Of a stretch of DNA of 64,000 nucleotides, positions 29,901 through 45,777 are shown in pieces. How positions within the stretch are numbered: position 1 is the stretch's first letter; each line of letters begins with the position of its first letter. A program made the translations under genes and the position numbers. This stretch comes from Chrysomallon squamiferum (taxonomy: Eukaryota; Animalia; Mollusca). The notes below the pieces were generated by a model. That model was not told the DNA's origin. It searched no databases and saw only the letters and a list, made by a program, of their open reading frames with translations. The stretch covers positions 18,228,001 through 18,292,000 of the forward strand of contig CM022673.1 in assembly GCA_012295275.1 (NCBI GenBank), given 5' to 3'.

Positions 29901-31329
29901 CAGTCTCCAGGCTGACGACTTAACCACTGATCCACAAAGACAACCCCTGTATTTATTCTTTTCATTACTCGGTGTTTTTCTGTCACTTCACTCTTGATTT
30001 CCCATCTATCTGATACAGCTCTATAAGTGACACAAGTGTGTGAAATAACCAGTCCCTGGGCTTTCATTAACTCGTGTCACAAAATACAATTTACTTAGTC
30101 CTGTTTTACGCTAGCCAGGATGAAACCCGGAGGACGAGAGGACTGTTAATGGCTCTCAATCAATGAGATGAATTTGATTTTCCTGGACGTGGTCGACAAA
30201 CTGGACTCGTGGGTCTGTAAGAAAATGTGCAAGCACAGAAATAAATCAATAGCTATCACTATTCTGATTTTGTATCTTAGCTTAATTATCACTCGTCAGT
30301 GTATTGATAGAGAATAATACTAAAAATGATTATGATGATAATGATGATAATTTGCATGAATATGTTTTAGGTTCTGAACGAAAAATAATATTAATTTGGA
30401 TTTCTCTTTCGTTCTATCTTTCTGTATATATTTCCTCTATCTATCGCAGTGTTTCTCTTGTTTTCTATACATCCATGTGAGTGGGTGTGCATATTTATCT
30501 CTGTATGTTTGTATGAATGTATATATCAGCTTATATATATGTATTTATTTGTGTCTTTTTATATATGTGTGTGTGTGTTTGTGTATCTCCAAAGTTACAC
30601 GATTTTCTATTAATTTGTCTATTACTTTTATAGTGTTGCATGCTTCTTTTTTTGGTGGGTTTTCTACCACAGATCAAGTTCATTAACTGTTGTTTGGGTT
30701 GCTAGTTCTCCTCGGGTTTCTGTGGTAAACTGGTCGATAAACGTTTTCAATATTTCATGTTTCAATCACCGTGAAGTACCGCAAATCAGTGCAGACTGTG
30801 TCTTTCATTCAACCCATTGTTTTACTGTAGTAATCACATTATAATTAACATTAGATCCAGGCCACATGTGTCAGGTACAAATGTCACAACAATAACGTGT
30901 TGTCACTGAAGTCTCTCGTAATGCAGTCGCTGTACTTTTCAGTTTTTCATCTCTAGGTTACGATATCGCGTCCTGTTACCTTCGTTTTGATATTCAGAGA
31001 TAAACATGTACATTGATTAATTATTGATTTTATTATTTATAAGTTACACGATCGCTTCCAAGTTCCGACGTTATTACCATTTATATAAGTTTTAGATAAA
31101 ATATATGCGGTGTCTTTGCTGTTCAGTTTATTATTTGTAGCTTACGAGATCGATTAATGACACCATCATTGTTATCTTGAAATCAGAGTCAGAAATAATG
31201 TGTGTGCTGGTTATCGTACACAGTTTATCGATGGTAATTAATAAGATTGCTTCTCGATAATGGATGATAATCGGAGATTTCTCTTTCACAAATCCAGTGG
31301 AAACTCATCTCAAGCTCAGAACACACAGC

Positions 31330-31660
31330 AGCAACAGTAACATTAACAGCAAGAAGAAATAATTACTGTTTGTTGAAATACAATACTGTACAAATTAGCT
31401 GTAACAGGAAACAACAGAGAGATACACAGCGTGACAGTAGTAATAGGAATCGTAATGGTGACAGTTAAATAGTAATAGCAGTTAAATAGGAAATGTAACA
31501 GTGAGATGCACACAGTAACACTAGTAACAAGAAATGTTACAGTGAGAGACACAGTAACAACAGTAACAAGAAATGTAACAGTGATAGTTATATAGTAATA
31601 GCTGTAACAGAAAACGTTGGAGTGAGAGATACACAGTAAAAGAAAACCTTGTAACAGCGA
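31330..31660. repeat. Degenerate GTAACAG-rich tandem repeat
   Basis: Recurrent aacagtaacaagaaatgtaacagtgagagatacac variants. Confidence 0.6.
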
Positions 31661-31974
31661 ATAATTACAAAGCTTGGTTTTATGTAGTTATGGTTTTGTA
31701 ATGTAATATTGTATTAACACTAGTGTTAGTAGTAATTATGTTGTGCTTAGGCTGTGTCTGTATATGTGTATATGTATGTGTATCTGTATATGAGTATTTG
31801 TATATGTGTATGTATGTCTATGTATGAATATATATTCATGTTTATATGTGTGTGTCTGCATGTTTGTATGCATGTATGTATATGTGTATGTATGTATGTA
31901 TGTACGTTTGTATGTATGTATGTATGTATGTATGTATGTATGTGTATGAATGTGTGTGTTTGTGTTGTGTGTGT

Positions 31975-33446
31975 GGGACACAGTGAGGTGTGTACTTATT
32001 ACGAGTCTGTTTTCAGGACAAGTTGCTGTATGTATGTATGTATGTATGTGTATGTATGTATGTATGTGTGTGTATGTGTGTGTGTTTGTGATGTGTGTGT
32101 GTGTGTGACACAGTGAGGTGTGTATTTATTACGAGTCTGTTTTCAGGACAAGCTGCTGTATGTATGTATGTGTGTATGTATGTATGTATGTGTGTGTGTA
32201 TGTATGTGTTTGTGTTGTGTGTGTGTGATACAGTGAGCTGTGTACTTACTACAAGTCTGTTTTCAGGACAAACTGCTGTTATGTCTGTATGTGTGTTTGT
32301 ATGTATGTATGTGTATGTATGTGTGTATGATGTGTGTGTGTGATGTGTGTTTGTGATGTGTGTTTGTGATGTGTGTGTGTTTACTCAGTGAGCTGTGTAC
32401 TTATTACAAGTCTGTTTTCAGGACAAGCTGCTGTATGTATGTATGTGTGTATGTATGTGTGTATGTATGTGTGTATGATGTGTGTGTGTGTGATGTGTGT
32501 GTGTTTACTTAATGAGCTGTGTACTTATTACAAGTCTGTTTGTTTTCAGGACAAGCTGCTGTATGTATGTATGTATGTATGTATGTGTGTATGTATATGT
32601 GTATGATGTGTGTGTGTGATGTGTGTTTGTGATGTGTGTGTGTTTACTCAATGAGCTGTGTACTTATTACAAGTCTGTTTTCAGGACAAGCTGCTGTATG
32701 TATGTATGTGTGTATGTATGTGTGTATGATGTGTGTGTGTGATGTGTGTGTGTTTACTCAATGAGCCGTGTACTTATTACAAGTCTGTTTGTTTTCAGGA
32801 CAAGCTGCTGTATGTATGTATGTGTGTATGTATGTGTGTATGATGTGTGTGTGATATGTGTTTGTGATATGTGTTTGTGATGTGTGTTTGTGATGTGTGT
32901 GTGTTTACTCAGTGAGCTGTGTACTTATTACAAGTCTGTTTTCAGGACAAGCTGCTGTATGTATGTATGTATGTGTGTATGTATGTGTGTATGATGTGTG
33001 TGTGTGATGTGTGTGTGTTTACTCAATGAGCTGTGTACTTATTACAAGTCTGTTTGTTTTCAGGACAAGTTGCTGTATGTATGTATGTATGTATGTGTGT
33101 ATGTATGTGTGTATGATGTGTGTGTGTGATGTGTGTTTGTGATGTGTGTGTGTTTACTCAGTGAGCTGTGTACTTATTACAAGTCTGTTTGTTTTCAGGA
33201 CAAGCTGCTGTATGTATGTATGTGTGTATGTATGTGTGTATGATGTGTGTGTGTGATGTGTGTGTGTTTACTCAATGAGCTGTGTACTTATTACAAGTCT
33301 GTTTGTTTTCAGGACAAGCTGCTGTATGTATGTATGTGTGTATGATATGATGTGTGTGTGTGTGATGGGTGTTTGTGATGTGTGTGTGTTTACTCAGTGA
33401 GCTGTGTACTTATTACAAGTCTGTTTGTTTTCAGGACAAGCTGCTG
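31975..33446 (+). repeat. Tandem array (12 copies, ~114-155 bp period) of the intron 1 3' splice site plus the first 11 nt of exon 2, separated by (TGTA)n/(TG)n
   Basis: The core ca(g/a)tgagctgtgtacttattacaagtctgttt(gttt)tcag-gacaagctgct-gt recurs, with the post-AG base at 32017, 32147, 32267, 32422, 32550, 32685, 32799, 32946, 33064, 33199, 33313 and 33435 (the last is the true exon). Confidence 0.95.
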
Positions 33447-33497
33447 TCTAAGATAGACGAGGGGGAGGGAGATGGCACGCTGGCGGACGAGGAAGAG
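33435..33497 (+). CDS. Coding exon 2 (63 nt, DKLLSKIDEGEGDGTLADEEE) of the RING finger gene
   Basis: Acceptor tgtttgttttcAG|GAC and donor GAG|GTAACA at 33498. It is 21 codons, phase 0 at both ends, purine/GC-rich, and joins ...ENLNEKI to CVIC... in frame. Confidence 0.85.
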
Positions 33498-37851
<4,354 letters not shown>

Positions 37852-38109
37852 TGCGTCATATGTCTTGTTGCCAAGGCAACGATGCAGACGTTTCCGTGCA
37901 GACACAAGGTGGTGTGCCGGAAGTGTTTCATCAAGACAATTCAAGTGGCTGTTTCACAACGAAGTCTCCCTTTGCGTTGTGTCGTCTGCAGAAGTCGAAT
38001 TCTCAAACTGAGGCAGACGTCAATCCCGACGCTGCCCAGCCCCATCTCGCCCAACGGTCCAATGAAATTCCTGCCGAAATCACCGAGCATTCGCCTGTTT
38101 ACGAAATAA
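37852..38109 (+). CDS. Terminal coding exon 3: C3HC4 RING finger plus Pro/Ser-rich tail
   Basis: Acceptor ttttatttttgttttccAG|TGC. Translation CVICLVAKATMQTFPCRHKVVCRKCFIKTIQVAVSQRSLPLRCVVCRSRILKL... has the pattern C-x2-C-x11-C-x-H-x3-C-x2-C-x17-C-x2-C (IAP/zf-C3HC4_3-like spacing). TAA stop ends at 38109. Confidence 0.92.
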   Translation, partial: CVICLVAKATMQTFPCRHKVVCRKCFIKTIQVAVSQRSLPLRCVVCRSRILKLRQTSIPTLPSPISPNGPMKFLPKSPSIRLFTK

Positions 38110-40965
38110 CCTTTTGAAATCGAGACGTCTACAGTGTGATATATTTTTTAGAGAAAAAAATTTTTTTAATAATAATATGGACATTGTTTCGATGCATCTT
38201 TTCTCATGACAAGAACAAAAAAGACATACAGAATTTCTTTCGTAATTTTAAGACAAAAACAAAAATATGCATATAAAAATATATAGGTTTTTGGATACTT
38301 CTGTGACTGTTTTTCCATATAATTTTTTAAATTATTATTCTACCAAATACGTGACAAAAATGTGGTTTAGATTTTTGGTGGGGGCTGTCTACGAAGTACG
38401 TACATACAGAAAGTAGAAATGGGAGGGGACAAGGCATCACCTGCGGCAGTTCGGATGTCGAGTGATTCGATGACCCACAACTATACTGTTCTGTTTTGAG
38501 GGAATTGTTTCTGCAATCTAGTCTCCCAGTTGTATTTAGTGTAATGTTTTCTGATGTGTACCCGCACATGGAAGCTAATAATTGTAGAAATTGGGGAGAG
38601 GATGGATTATTTCTTGTGTACGTATTTTATAGATAGCCCCATGTATTAAACACAGTACATTCATGATTCTAATAATTTTGTTTGGCCTGGTTACTAAATA
38701 ATATATGATATTTCATGTCACGGCCACAGTTGTTATTACTAATCTATTATTTTTGTTGTTGTTTTTAGGTTTATGATTCATTATAATCTTCTGATAAATC
38801 TGTATTAATGAACACAACACATCCAGATATTGATAAAAATTAATGAATTTAGCAAACTCGGATGTTGTTGATATTAATTTAAAAAACGTGGCTGTGATGG
38901 GAATGATGGGAAGGGGTTACGCAAACTGACACTGTTTCCTTGCTTTTTAGTTTCTAACTTTATGTCCAGTTTTGAGTGGAGTCAGAGACCTTTTATTAAC
39001 AATACTTACCCAGTTTGCAGCAAATAAAATTAGCTTGTTCATTTTTTATAACTATACTCTTTTATTCAGCTCTCGTAAGCAACACATGTATTATCTTATC
39101 AAAAATTGGTAAACTCATTCTTTACTGAATTAATAGCTTTACGTGCACGCTGGCAAGCTAATAACCTGATTAAGATGGTCTCGATAAATCGTTCATATGT
39201 AGTGTATTAGCTTGTACAGTAGTTTTGCTGTAAGATCGGTATATCCACTGTAAATTCAACTTAACGAAGTTACTAATTAAACTCGTTTTTACATGATTTT
39301 CTTCAAATTCTTACGTTAAGTGTGAATTAAGATAGGTAAAAGATAATTTCAACACATTTTCTATTATCTGTATCCAGTAAAAAAACTTTACACCTAGTGC
39401 AATGCAGGCTTAAAATGTTATTAAAGTTTGCCATATTACAAAATGTTTATCAAGGAGGGGCTCCTGACGTACCCGTAGTTCCTGAAACTCATTTCCATCA
39501 TTGAACCCAGATGTTGTCAATATTAATTTAACAAACTGGGAGATTTTTTGAGGACTTCAAAGAACAAATGAATTTTAAAACTAAGTTTGAATTTGTTCGT
39601 CATTACGTCTTTTCTATAAAAAATTGTTTCCTCATTAATTGGTGTATATTTACACAATGTGTAATTCCTTATATATAGAATAAATGGTTTCAAAATGAAA
39701 TATTTTAATGAATTAAGCCAAGCTTATGAATAAATCTACTTATCGCGGACATTTTAATGATTTTTTTTTTATGGGGGTAGGGGACAAAATCTACATCACT
39801 GTAACATACGTAGAGTAAGTTCCTGATTTCAAGACAGTGTGATATTAACTAGATAGTTTTAGTACCTAACACAACCCTGATATGCATTGACTGTTGTACA
39901 TTATCAGTAGTAAGCTCTGTGATTTTACATACAAACAGCTGTTGTTTTTGTTTTTATACATCTATTGTATTTGTGTCAATAGTAACACCATGAGATCATT
40001 GTAATGTATCCGTGCGTCCTTGTGTATATTTGTGTGTGTACCCAAGCAATAACAGCACTGCCCTTGCTGAGCTTTAGGCTTACAAGATCTTCCACAGTCA
40101 GTCACTTAGTGTACAGGTAACACAAGTTATTGTACAGCGGTTCACAAACAAGCCAAAACCAAACTCATACAGTTTTTGTAGATTTGTATATACAGTGCAT
40201 GTACTGCGTGAACATAATAATATTATATACCTGTATGTGATTTATAATTCGAAATCTAAATTATGTGTTTCCTTTATAGAAAAGATACTTAAAACAATAA
40301 TGTGCTTTTTATATATTATGTATGGTTGACGTAAGGACATTAACAAACAATTTCAAAATATTTTATAATTCTCCTTTTTTGTAATAATATAATAAAAACA
40401 GTTCAGCATTTTTTAACGACAAATAATATTTCGCCGACTGTATATACGACATACTTTCTCACTGTTTAAAAGTCAGTGATTAAAAACAAAGAGACAATAT
40501 TAAGATAATTTAATAAATATACGTTTTACGTAAATCTCATTTGATCTGTTATCAAGCATGCTTCTATGTCGCTTTGTTTCAAATATCTTCTTTCTTTTTT
40601 TAAAGATTGCTTTTAACTAGTCATGTGTACTGGCGATCATTTGTACAGTTAAAGTCTGAATGTTTAAATTCTTGTTTTGTTTAATATGTGAGTTCTTCAT
40701 TGTATGATAAACCAGTTATAATCGCCCATGGTTAAGCCTGTGGCTTTAAAACTGATAGGATCTGGGCACGAATCCCATTAAGTAAGATCAGTCAATTCTC
40801 TCTCTGTTTTAATTTTCTTTTTCTGAAACAGTTTTAACAAACACAACCCGAGCTTCTTGTCGCGAGCCTTGGTTGTGTTTCAGTAAAATATATATCTACA
40901 GTGTAAATAGATGTATAGACACCTTATAAAACAACAAATAAAAATGTTTGTTATTTTTATCATCA
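38110..40965 (+). other. Probable long 3' UTR of the RING gene (3' end uncertain)
   Basis: About 3-4 kb after the stop codon lacks the long microsatellites seen elsewhere. AATAAA at 40391-40396 and 40937-40942 (the second followed by T/GT-rich sequence). Clustered TGTAHATA motifs. Confidence 0.45.
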
Positions 40966-41327
40966 AACAAATCATATCACTGTACATGTATATGTATATA
41001 GATAAGATTTATAATACAGTTTATAAACTGTAAGCTATATTTTTATATATCGTCACCGATTTGACCTCTTTTTACTACTGTAATAACAAAACTAATGTTT
41101 ATGGGGTTTTTGTCTACGCTGATTTAATTATTCTTTTTCGTCACTGTTTTTAACACATTACAGAAATGTATAATTAAGATAAATGTCTGATAGATATTTC
41201 AATAATGAAATCAGATAATTAAAAATGTATTAAATGATTTTGTATTAACACAAATCAGCGACTGTGTTTAATACAAGTCATTACATTTTTATATAACAGA
41301 TACAAAATATATTTGTATTGTCCACAC

Positions 41328-41400
41328 CTGAGGGTGGAACATCGCTGTTGATCCCACACTGGTTACTCTTTTCGATAGCAGCTAGGAATATCTTTTATAT
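41328..41400 (+). mobile_element. Possible decayed SINE core fragment
   Basis: ggttactcttttcgatagcagctaggaatatcttttatat resembles an abundant gastropod interspersed repeat core. This is from memory and unverified. Confidence 0.3.
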
Positions 41401-42037
41401 ATTTTAGTAGAGAGAAAAATATCGGAACTTGTGTACAGGGAACTAACTAATGAAAGTGAAATAATGAATGTGAATTTTTTTTATTCTCGTTATCCTCACT
41501 CGTTCTTCTACTGGAAACAAAAGTTCAAACTGTTAATTCAAACAATGAAAACTGAGAGAAGCCTCGCGCTAAACGGAACTGTTTTTAATAAAATCGTTCC
41601 TTTCTTAAATAATTACTATGTTAATACTAGCTGTTATTCGTGCTTAAGAATCGTTTGTTAAAACTGAACGTAATATTAATACTGAGTTTTATTCATTTGT
41701 GCTAGAGTTAAACAAATGCTAGTCTCAGTAATGGTGGTGTCAGGGTGATGATATCAGCAATGTTGTAACAATGATATCGTCTGTCAATGATGATGACAAG
41801 TGTGATGATGGTGATTATATTTATGATGTATTTAACTGTAACAAAAGTGACGTTGATGATATAGATGATGATGACACTTCACTTCTCAAATGTTTTAATT
41901 ATAAAATTTCCAAAACGGTAGAAACAAAAATGTTCTAAGTGCTGTTGTGTTTTGTTATTACATTTACGTTACCTGAAAATAAAAATTTATCATTGGTAAC
42001 TTTAGATAAACCTATTAGACTTAAGTCTGTATTATTA

Positions 42038-42075
<38 letters not shown>

Positions 42076-43396
42076 TATTATTATTATTTAAACATGTGAG
42101 AAGTATATGTGAAATACGTCAGCTATATGTATTTCGTTCCTCGTGGAAGTTTCGTTACATATAGACGAATGTGCTGTATAAAATACACGTTACTAATATT
42201 TCTAAATCGCAGTTAAAATATTTAACATTTTATGACTGTATCTTTGAAGAAAGGAGGTTTTAGGTTAAATGCAGAACGTTTTTATTGTGTGTAGTGATCA
42301 TTAGTTTTATTTAATTACACTTTACCATCCTGTTGAGTCCCACTCTAACCAGTTTTCTACAAATAAAATTTCTCAATTCGATCTCTGATAGATTTTTAAG
42401 TTTTCTACTGTCATACATAACACAGTAGAAGAAGAATATCTACTTGCATATTTCTAACTCTATCTTTTTAAATTTTGTTTTTATGTGTACACAAAGTGAT
42501 ATGTAAAAAATATGCGTCTGTTTGTCTGTCTGTCTGTCTGTTTACAATGACTCTATGTATAGTTTAATAACAATATGCTTATGACTGTATATTTATTGTT
42601 GATATAACGAGGAAATTGCCTTGCCCTATTAAAAAAATCTTGTACAGTGTAATGTAGTTTTGTAATAGTGTGTTGATAAATACACGTAGATTTTGAGGAA
42701 GAAACGTGTTTGTTGTTGTTTTATATTTATTTATTAATATGATTACAATCACCTCTGAGGAGAATAGCTATTCACCATCGTTCGAAACCTGTACCTGTCG
42801 GTCTCAAGATGAACACTTGGCCAGTGTATCTGGTTAGAGCAAATATCCATTAGTTTAATTAAAATGTGTTTCTGTCAATATAATGATTAAAGTTTGTTTT
42901 TACAGCCTGGAGTGCAGCGTTAACTCACGTACTAATGCATCGTTATAAAAATACTTCAAACATTTATGTTGCGAGGCGTGGCAGCAGTTAGAACATTATA
43001 AACAGATACACTGGACATAAGTATCAAACATATACTGGAAGTAAAACAAAAATAATAATCATAAAAAGGTTTGCTGAAAAGCATTCCTTGTGATTAAATG
43101 ATAAAATCTGAAAGCGTAACAAGTAACTGAAAAGAAAAAAAAAAAAAGATTACTAAGAACTGTCTCACATACATTTGTTTTTCAGTATTTCAGAGAAAAT
43201 TTACATCATTAAATAACTGATATGTTGTTTGAAAATATTCATACGAACAGGACACACACTTCCACTATCTTGTCCGTGTTTGTTTGAAGTCATTTACGAA
43301 GATGAACAATATTATACTTGTAAGAACTGTTGAGAGAGTCACTGCATAGTATGACATCAGTACAGAATAAATGTATTATTGTTCTTTTGCTATATT

Positions 43397-43460
<64 letters not shown>

Positions 43461-44582
43461 TTTTATTTTTATGTGTCTGTGAGTCTATGTATCTCTTTTT
43501 CTGAAAACTAGGACTTTGGGAAATTAATTCAAAAATGTGTCTGCAACTCTCAGCCGGTGTCAAGCAGGGAGCGGAAAGTTCGGCGTTATGAATTATCTTC
43601 AGCCAAAACCAAAACTATTATCTTAATATCGAACCCAGCAAATCCTGTTATAGAAAGGTAGCTTGGCCATCAGCCCGTCAAATTAGATTGTGTGTAGCAC
43701 AGACACGCTCATTTAGAGACCGTAATAAAATAAGCTACACTTACATTAAGTGCAGCGCTGTTAATTGAGTAAAAGAAATGAGACTGCAGTCCAGTCATCG
43801 TGGTCGGTGGTATGAGAACGGACAGCGATGACCAAGCAAAGTCTAGTTAACTCAACGAGACATTGCTATGCATTATTTCTATTTTATTTACTCTGCCGCT
43901 GAACATTGTAAATATTATGAGGAAAAGTCAAACTGAAAAGTTGATTTCATTAGTGGAGTTTTCAAACTGATAATCATGTTTGGTACAAGTTGTAATGTTA
44001 GTGGGTATTTACAAGTACAAGAAGTGACAGAAGTGTTAGCTGACTAAAAGTGAAAGAAGAAAAATGATTTTAGACAAATAAATACATTCATGATGTTATT
44101 TAAATGTGTAATCGAGTGTTCAGTGAACCGTGGACTCGCGTGTTGGCCAGTGAGCCGTGAAGTGTCTGCAATCAGGACGTAATCAGGTTTAACCGATTTG
44201 CATGATCACAGAAAACACGAACACTGTGTTTAATAAGTAAATGAATCAAGTGGAGAAACTTTAATAGTGAAAATTCACAACAAACATGAAACCAGTTTGA
44301 CTGATCAACAGTGCTGTTAAAACAAATTAAAATACACAAACCATTTTTATTTTTATTTTATGTTATTATTATATTTTTTTCATCTTCATCTTCTGATTAT
44401 TAAACATTCGAAGCCAAAGTTAGTTAATATTATTTAGTGTATTTATGTATAGATATGTGTGTGTGTGTGTGTATGTGTGTGTGTAATTATGTATGATGTG
44501 TGTCTTGGTATGTATATGTTGTTTTGTAAATGTATGTATGGTTATTTTGTTGGTGTATGTAGATGTATGTAGGTATATATAT

Positions 44583-45477
44583 CGGTGGCTCTCAAAGACA
44601 TGCTTAGGTGTGCTACACGAAATTCTAAGATCTAGATATATATATATATATTTGTAATGACAGAAACATTTTTGTGAGCTCCTTGGATGTGAATTTGGAT
44701 TAGCAGATTAGCGTATTTGGCTGACATATTTCAGAGCTCAATATTTTGAATACTAGCATGCTAGGAAATGAAGAAAATATTTTTACATCTACTTACCTGG
44801 AAGAGTAGAGCTTCAAAAGATAATTTTTAAATGTTTCCTTTGACAAGTAAAACTTGCATAAGTGGTATCTTCTCCTTTATACTTTAACATCTGACAAATT
44901 TGGAAGATAAATTAAATTATGTTTTTCCGTCACTTAACACTGATCAATACGCCTGGATTCGAAATCCATTCATAGAAATTTCAGATGATGCTAGTTTAAC
45001 ATTAACCGCAGAAGAAGAACTAGCGCTGTATGCACCGATGGTGGATTGAAGATTAAATATAAGGAATCTAGTCTAGAAAAGTTTGGATTTCAATCAGAGA
45101 AGGATACCAGTCAATATCCAACAAATATTTAGCCATTTTACTGCAATTTTCAACATCATATTTATGCGAATTAGGATTTTCCACTTTCACCAACATCAAG
45201 TGCAAAAAAAGAACAAATCTTCAGTCTATTGATGAGGAAATGAGAGATTGCTAATCATACATACACCCCAACATTGAAGAAATTGCCAAGTCACGTCAGA
45301 CTCAAACTTCTCATCAGCACAAAATAGATCATGAATAAAGGTATATACCCTTCTTTCAATTATTGCTTTTGTTTTTTACATTTTGCATTATATTTCTTAA
45401 CATTTTGTGTGTAGTGTGCCCGCAATGTTTTGTAAGGCTTCAAGTGTGCCCCGACTTCAAAACGATTTAGAACCATG
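44583..45477 (+). mobile_element. Internally deleted, decayed hAT DNA transposon (Buster/Charlie type)
   Basis: Left end cggtggctctcaaa and right end gatttagaaccatg are degenerate forms of the CAGTGGTTCTCAA terminal inverted repeat, with subterminal gtgtgcc motifs. The 8-bp flanks atatatat/acatatat fit an nnnTAnnn target-site duplication. Transposase C-terminal remnants lie inside. Confidence 0.85.
44696..45317 (+). pseudogene. hAT transposase C-terminal remnant (ZBED5/FAM200/SCAND3-like, dimerisation domain)
   Basis: Manual translation gives WISRLAYLADIF (44696), WIRNPF (44954) and AILLQFSTSYLCELGFSTFTNIKCKKRTNLQSIDEEMRDC*SYIHPNIEEIAKSRQTQTSH (45132-45314), interrupted by frameshifts and a stop. 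Confidence 0.85.
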
Positions 45478-45525
45478 ACATATATATTTTAGTCTGTGTG
45501 TGTGTACATTTAAATATTAAATAAA

Positions 45526-45560
<35 letters not shown>

Positions 45561-45651
45561 TTCTGTATATGTACCGACATACATACAAACACCAGTGTTG
45601 TTTGTTGATTAACATCGCTGACGGTGTGAGGCGGTGTCTGTGCAGTTTACT

Positions 45652-45777
45652 GTTTGATCACTCTGTGAGAGTTTGATCACTCTGTGAGAGTTTGATCACG
45701 CTGTGAGAGTTTGATCACTCTGTGAGAGTTTGATCACGCTGTGAGAGTTTGATCACTCTGTGAGAGTTTGATCACGC
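45652..45777. repeat. 19-bp tandem repeat GTTTGATCAC(T/G)CTGTGAGA, ~6.6 copies
   Basis: Copies start at 45652, 45671, 45690, 45709, 45728, 45747 and 45766. Confidence 0.95.

Noticed and set aside
31975-33446. CRISPR-like appearance (conserved core with variable spacers)
   Set aside because: The spacers are related TG/TGTA microsatellites rather than unique sequences, there are no cas genes, the context is eukaryotic, and the core is a duplicated splice junction.
40720-40782. tRNA-like A/B-box remnants (tggttaag...gggcacgaatccc)
   Set aside because: Does not fold into a cloverleaf. At most a decayed SINE head, not a tRNA gene.
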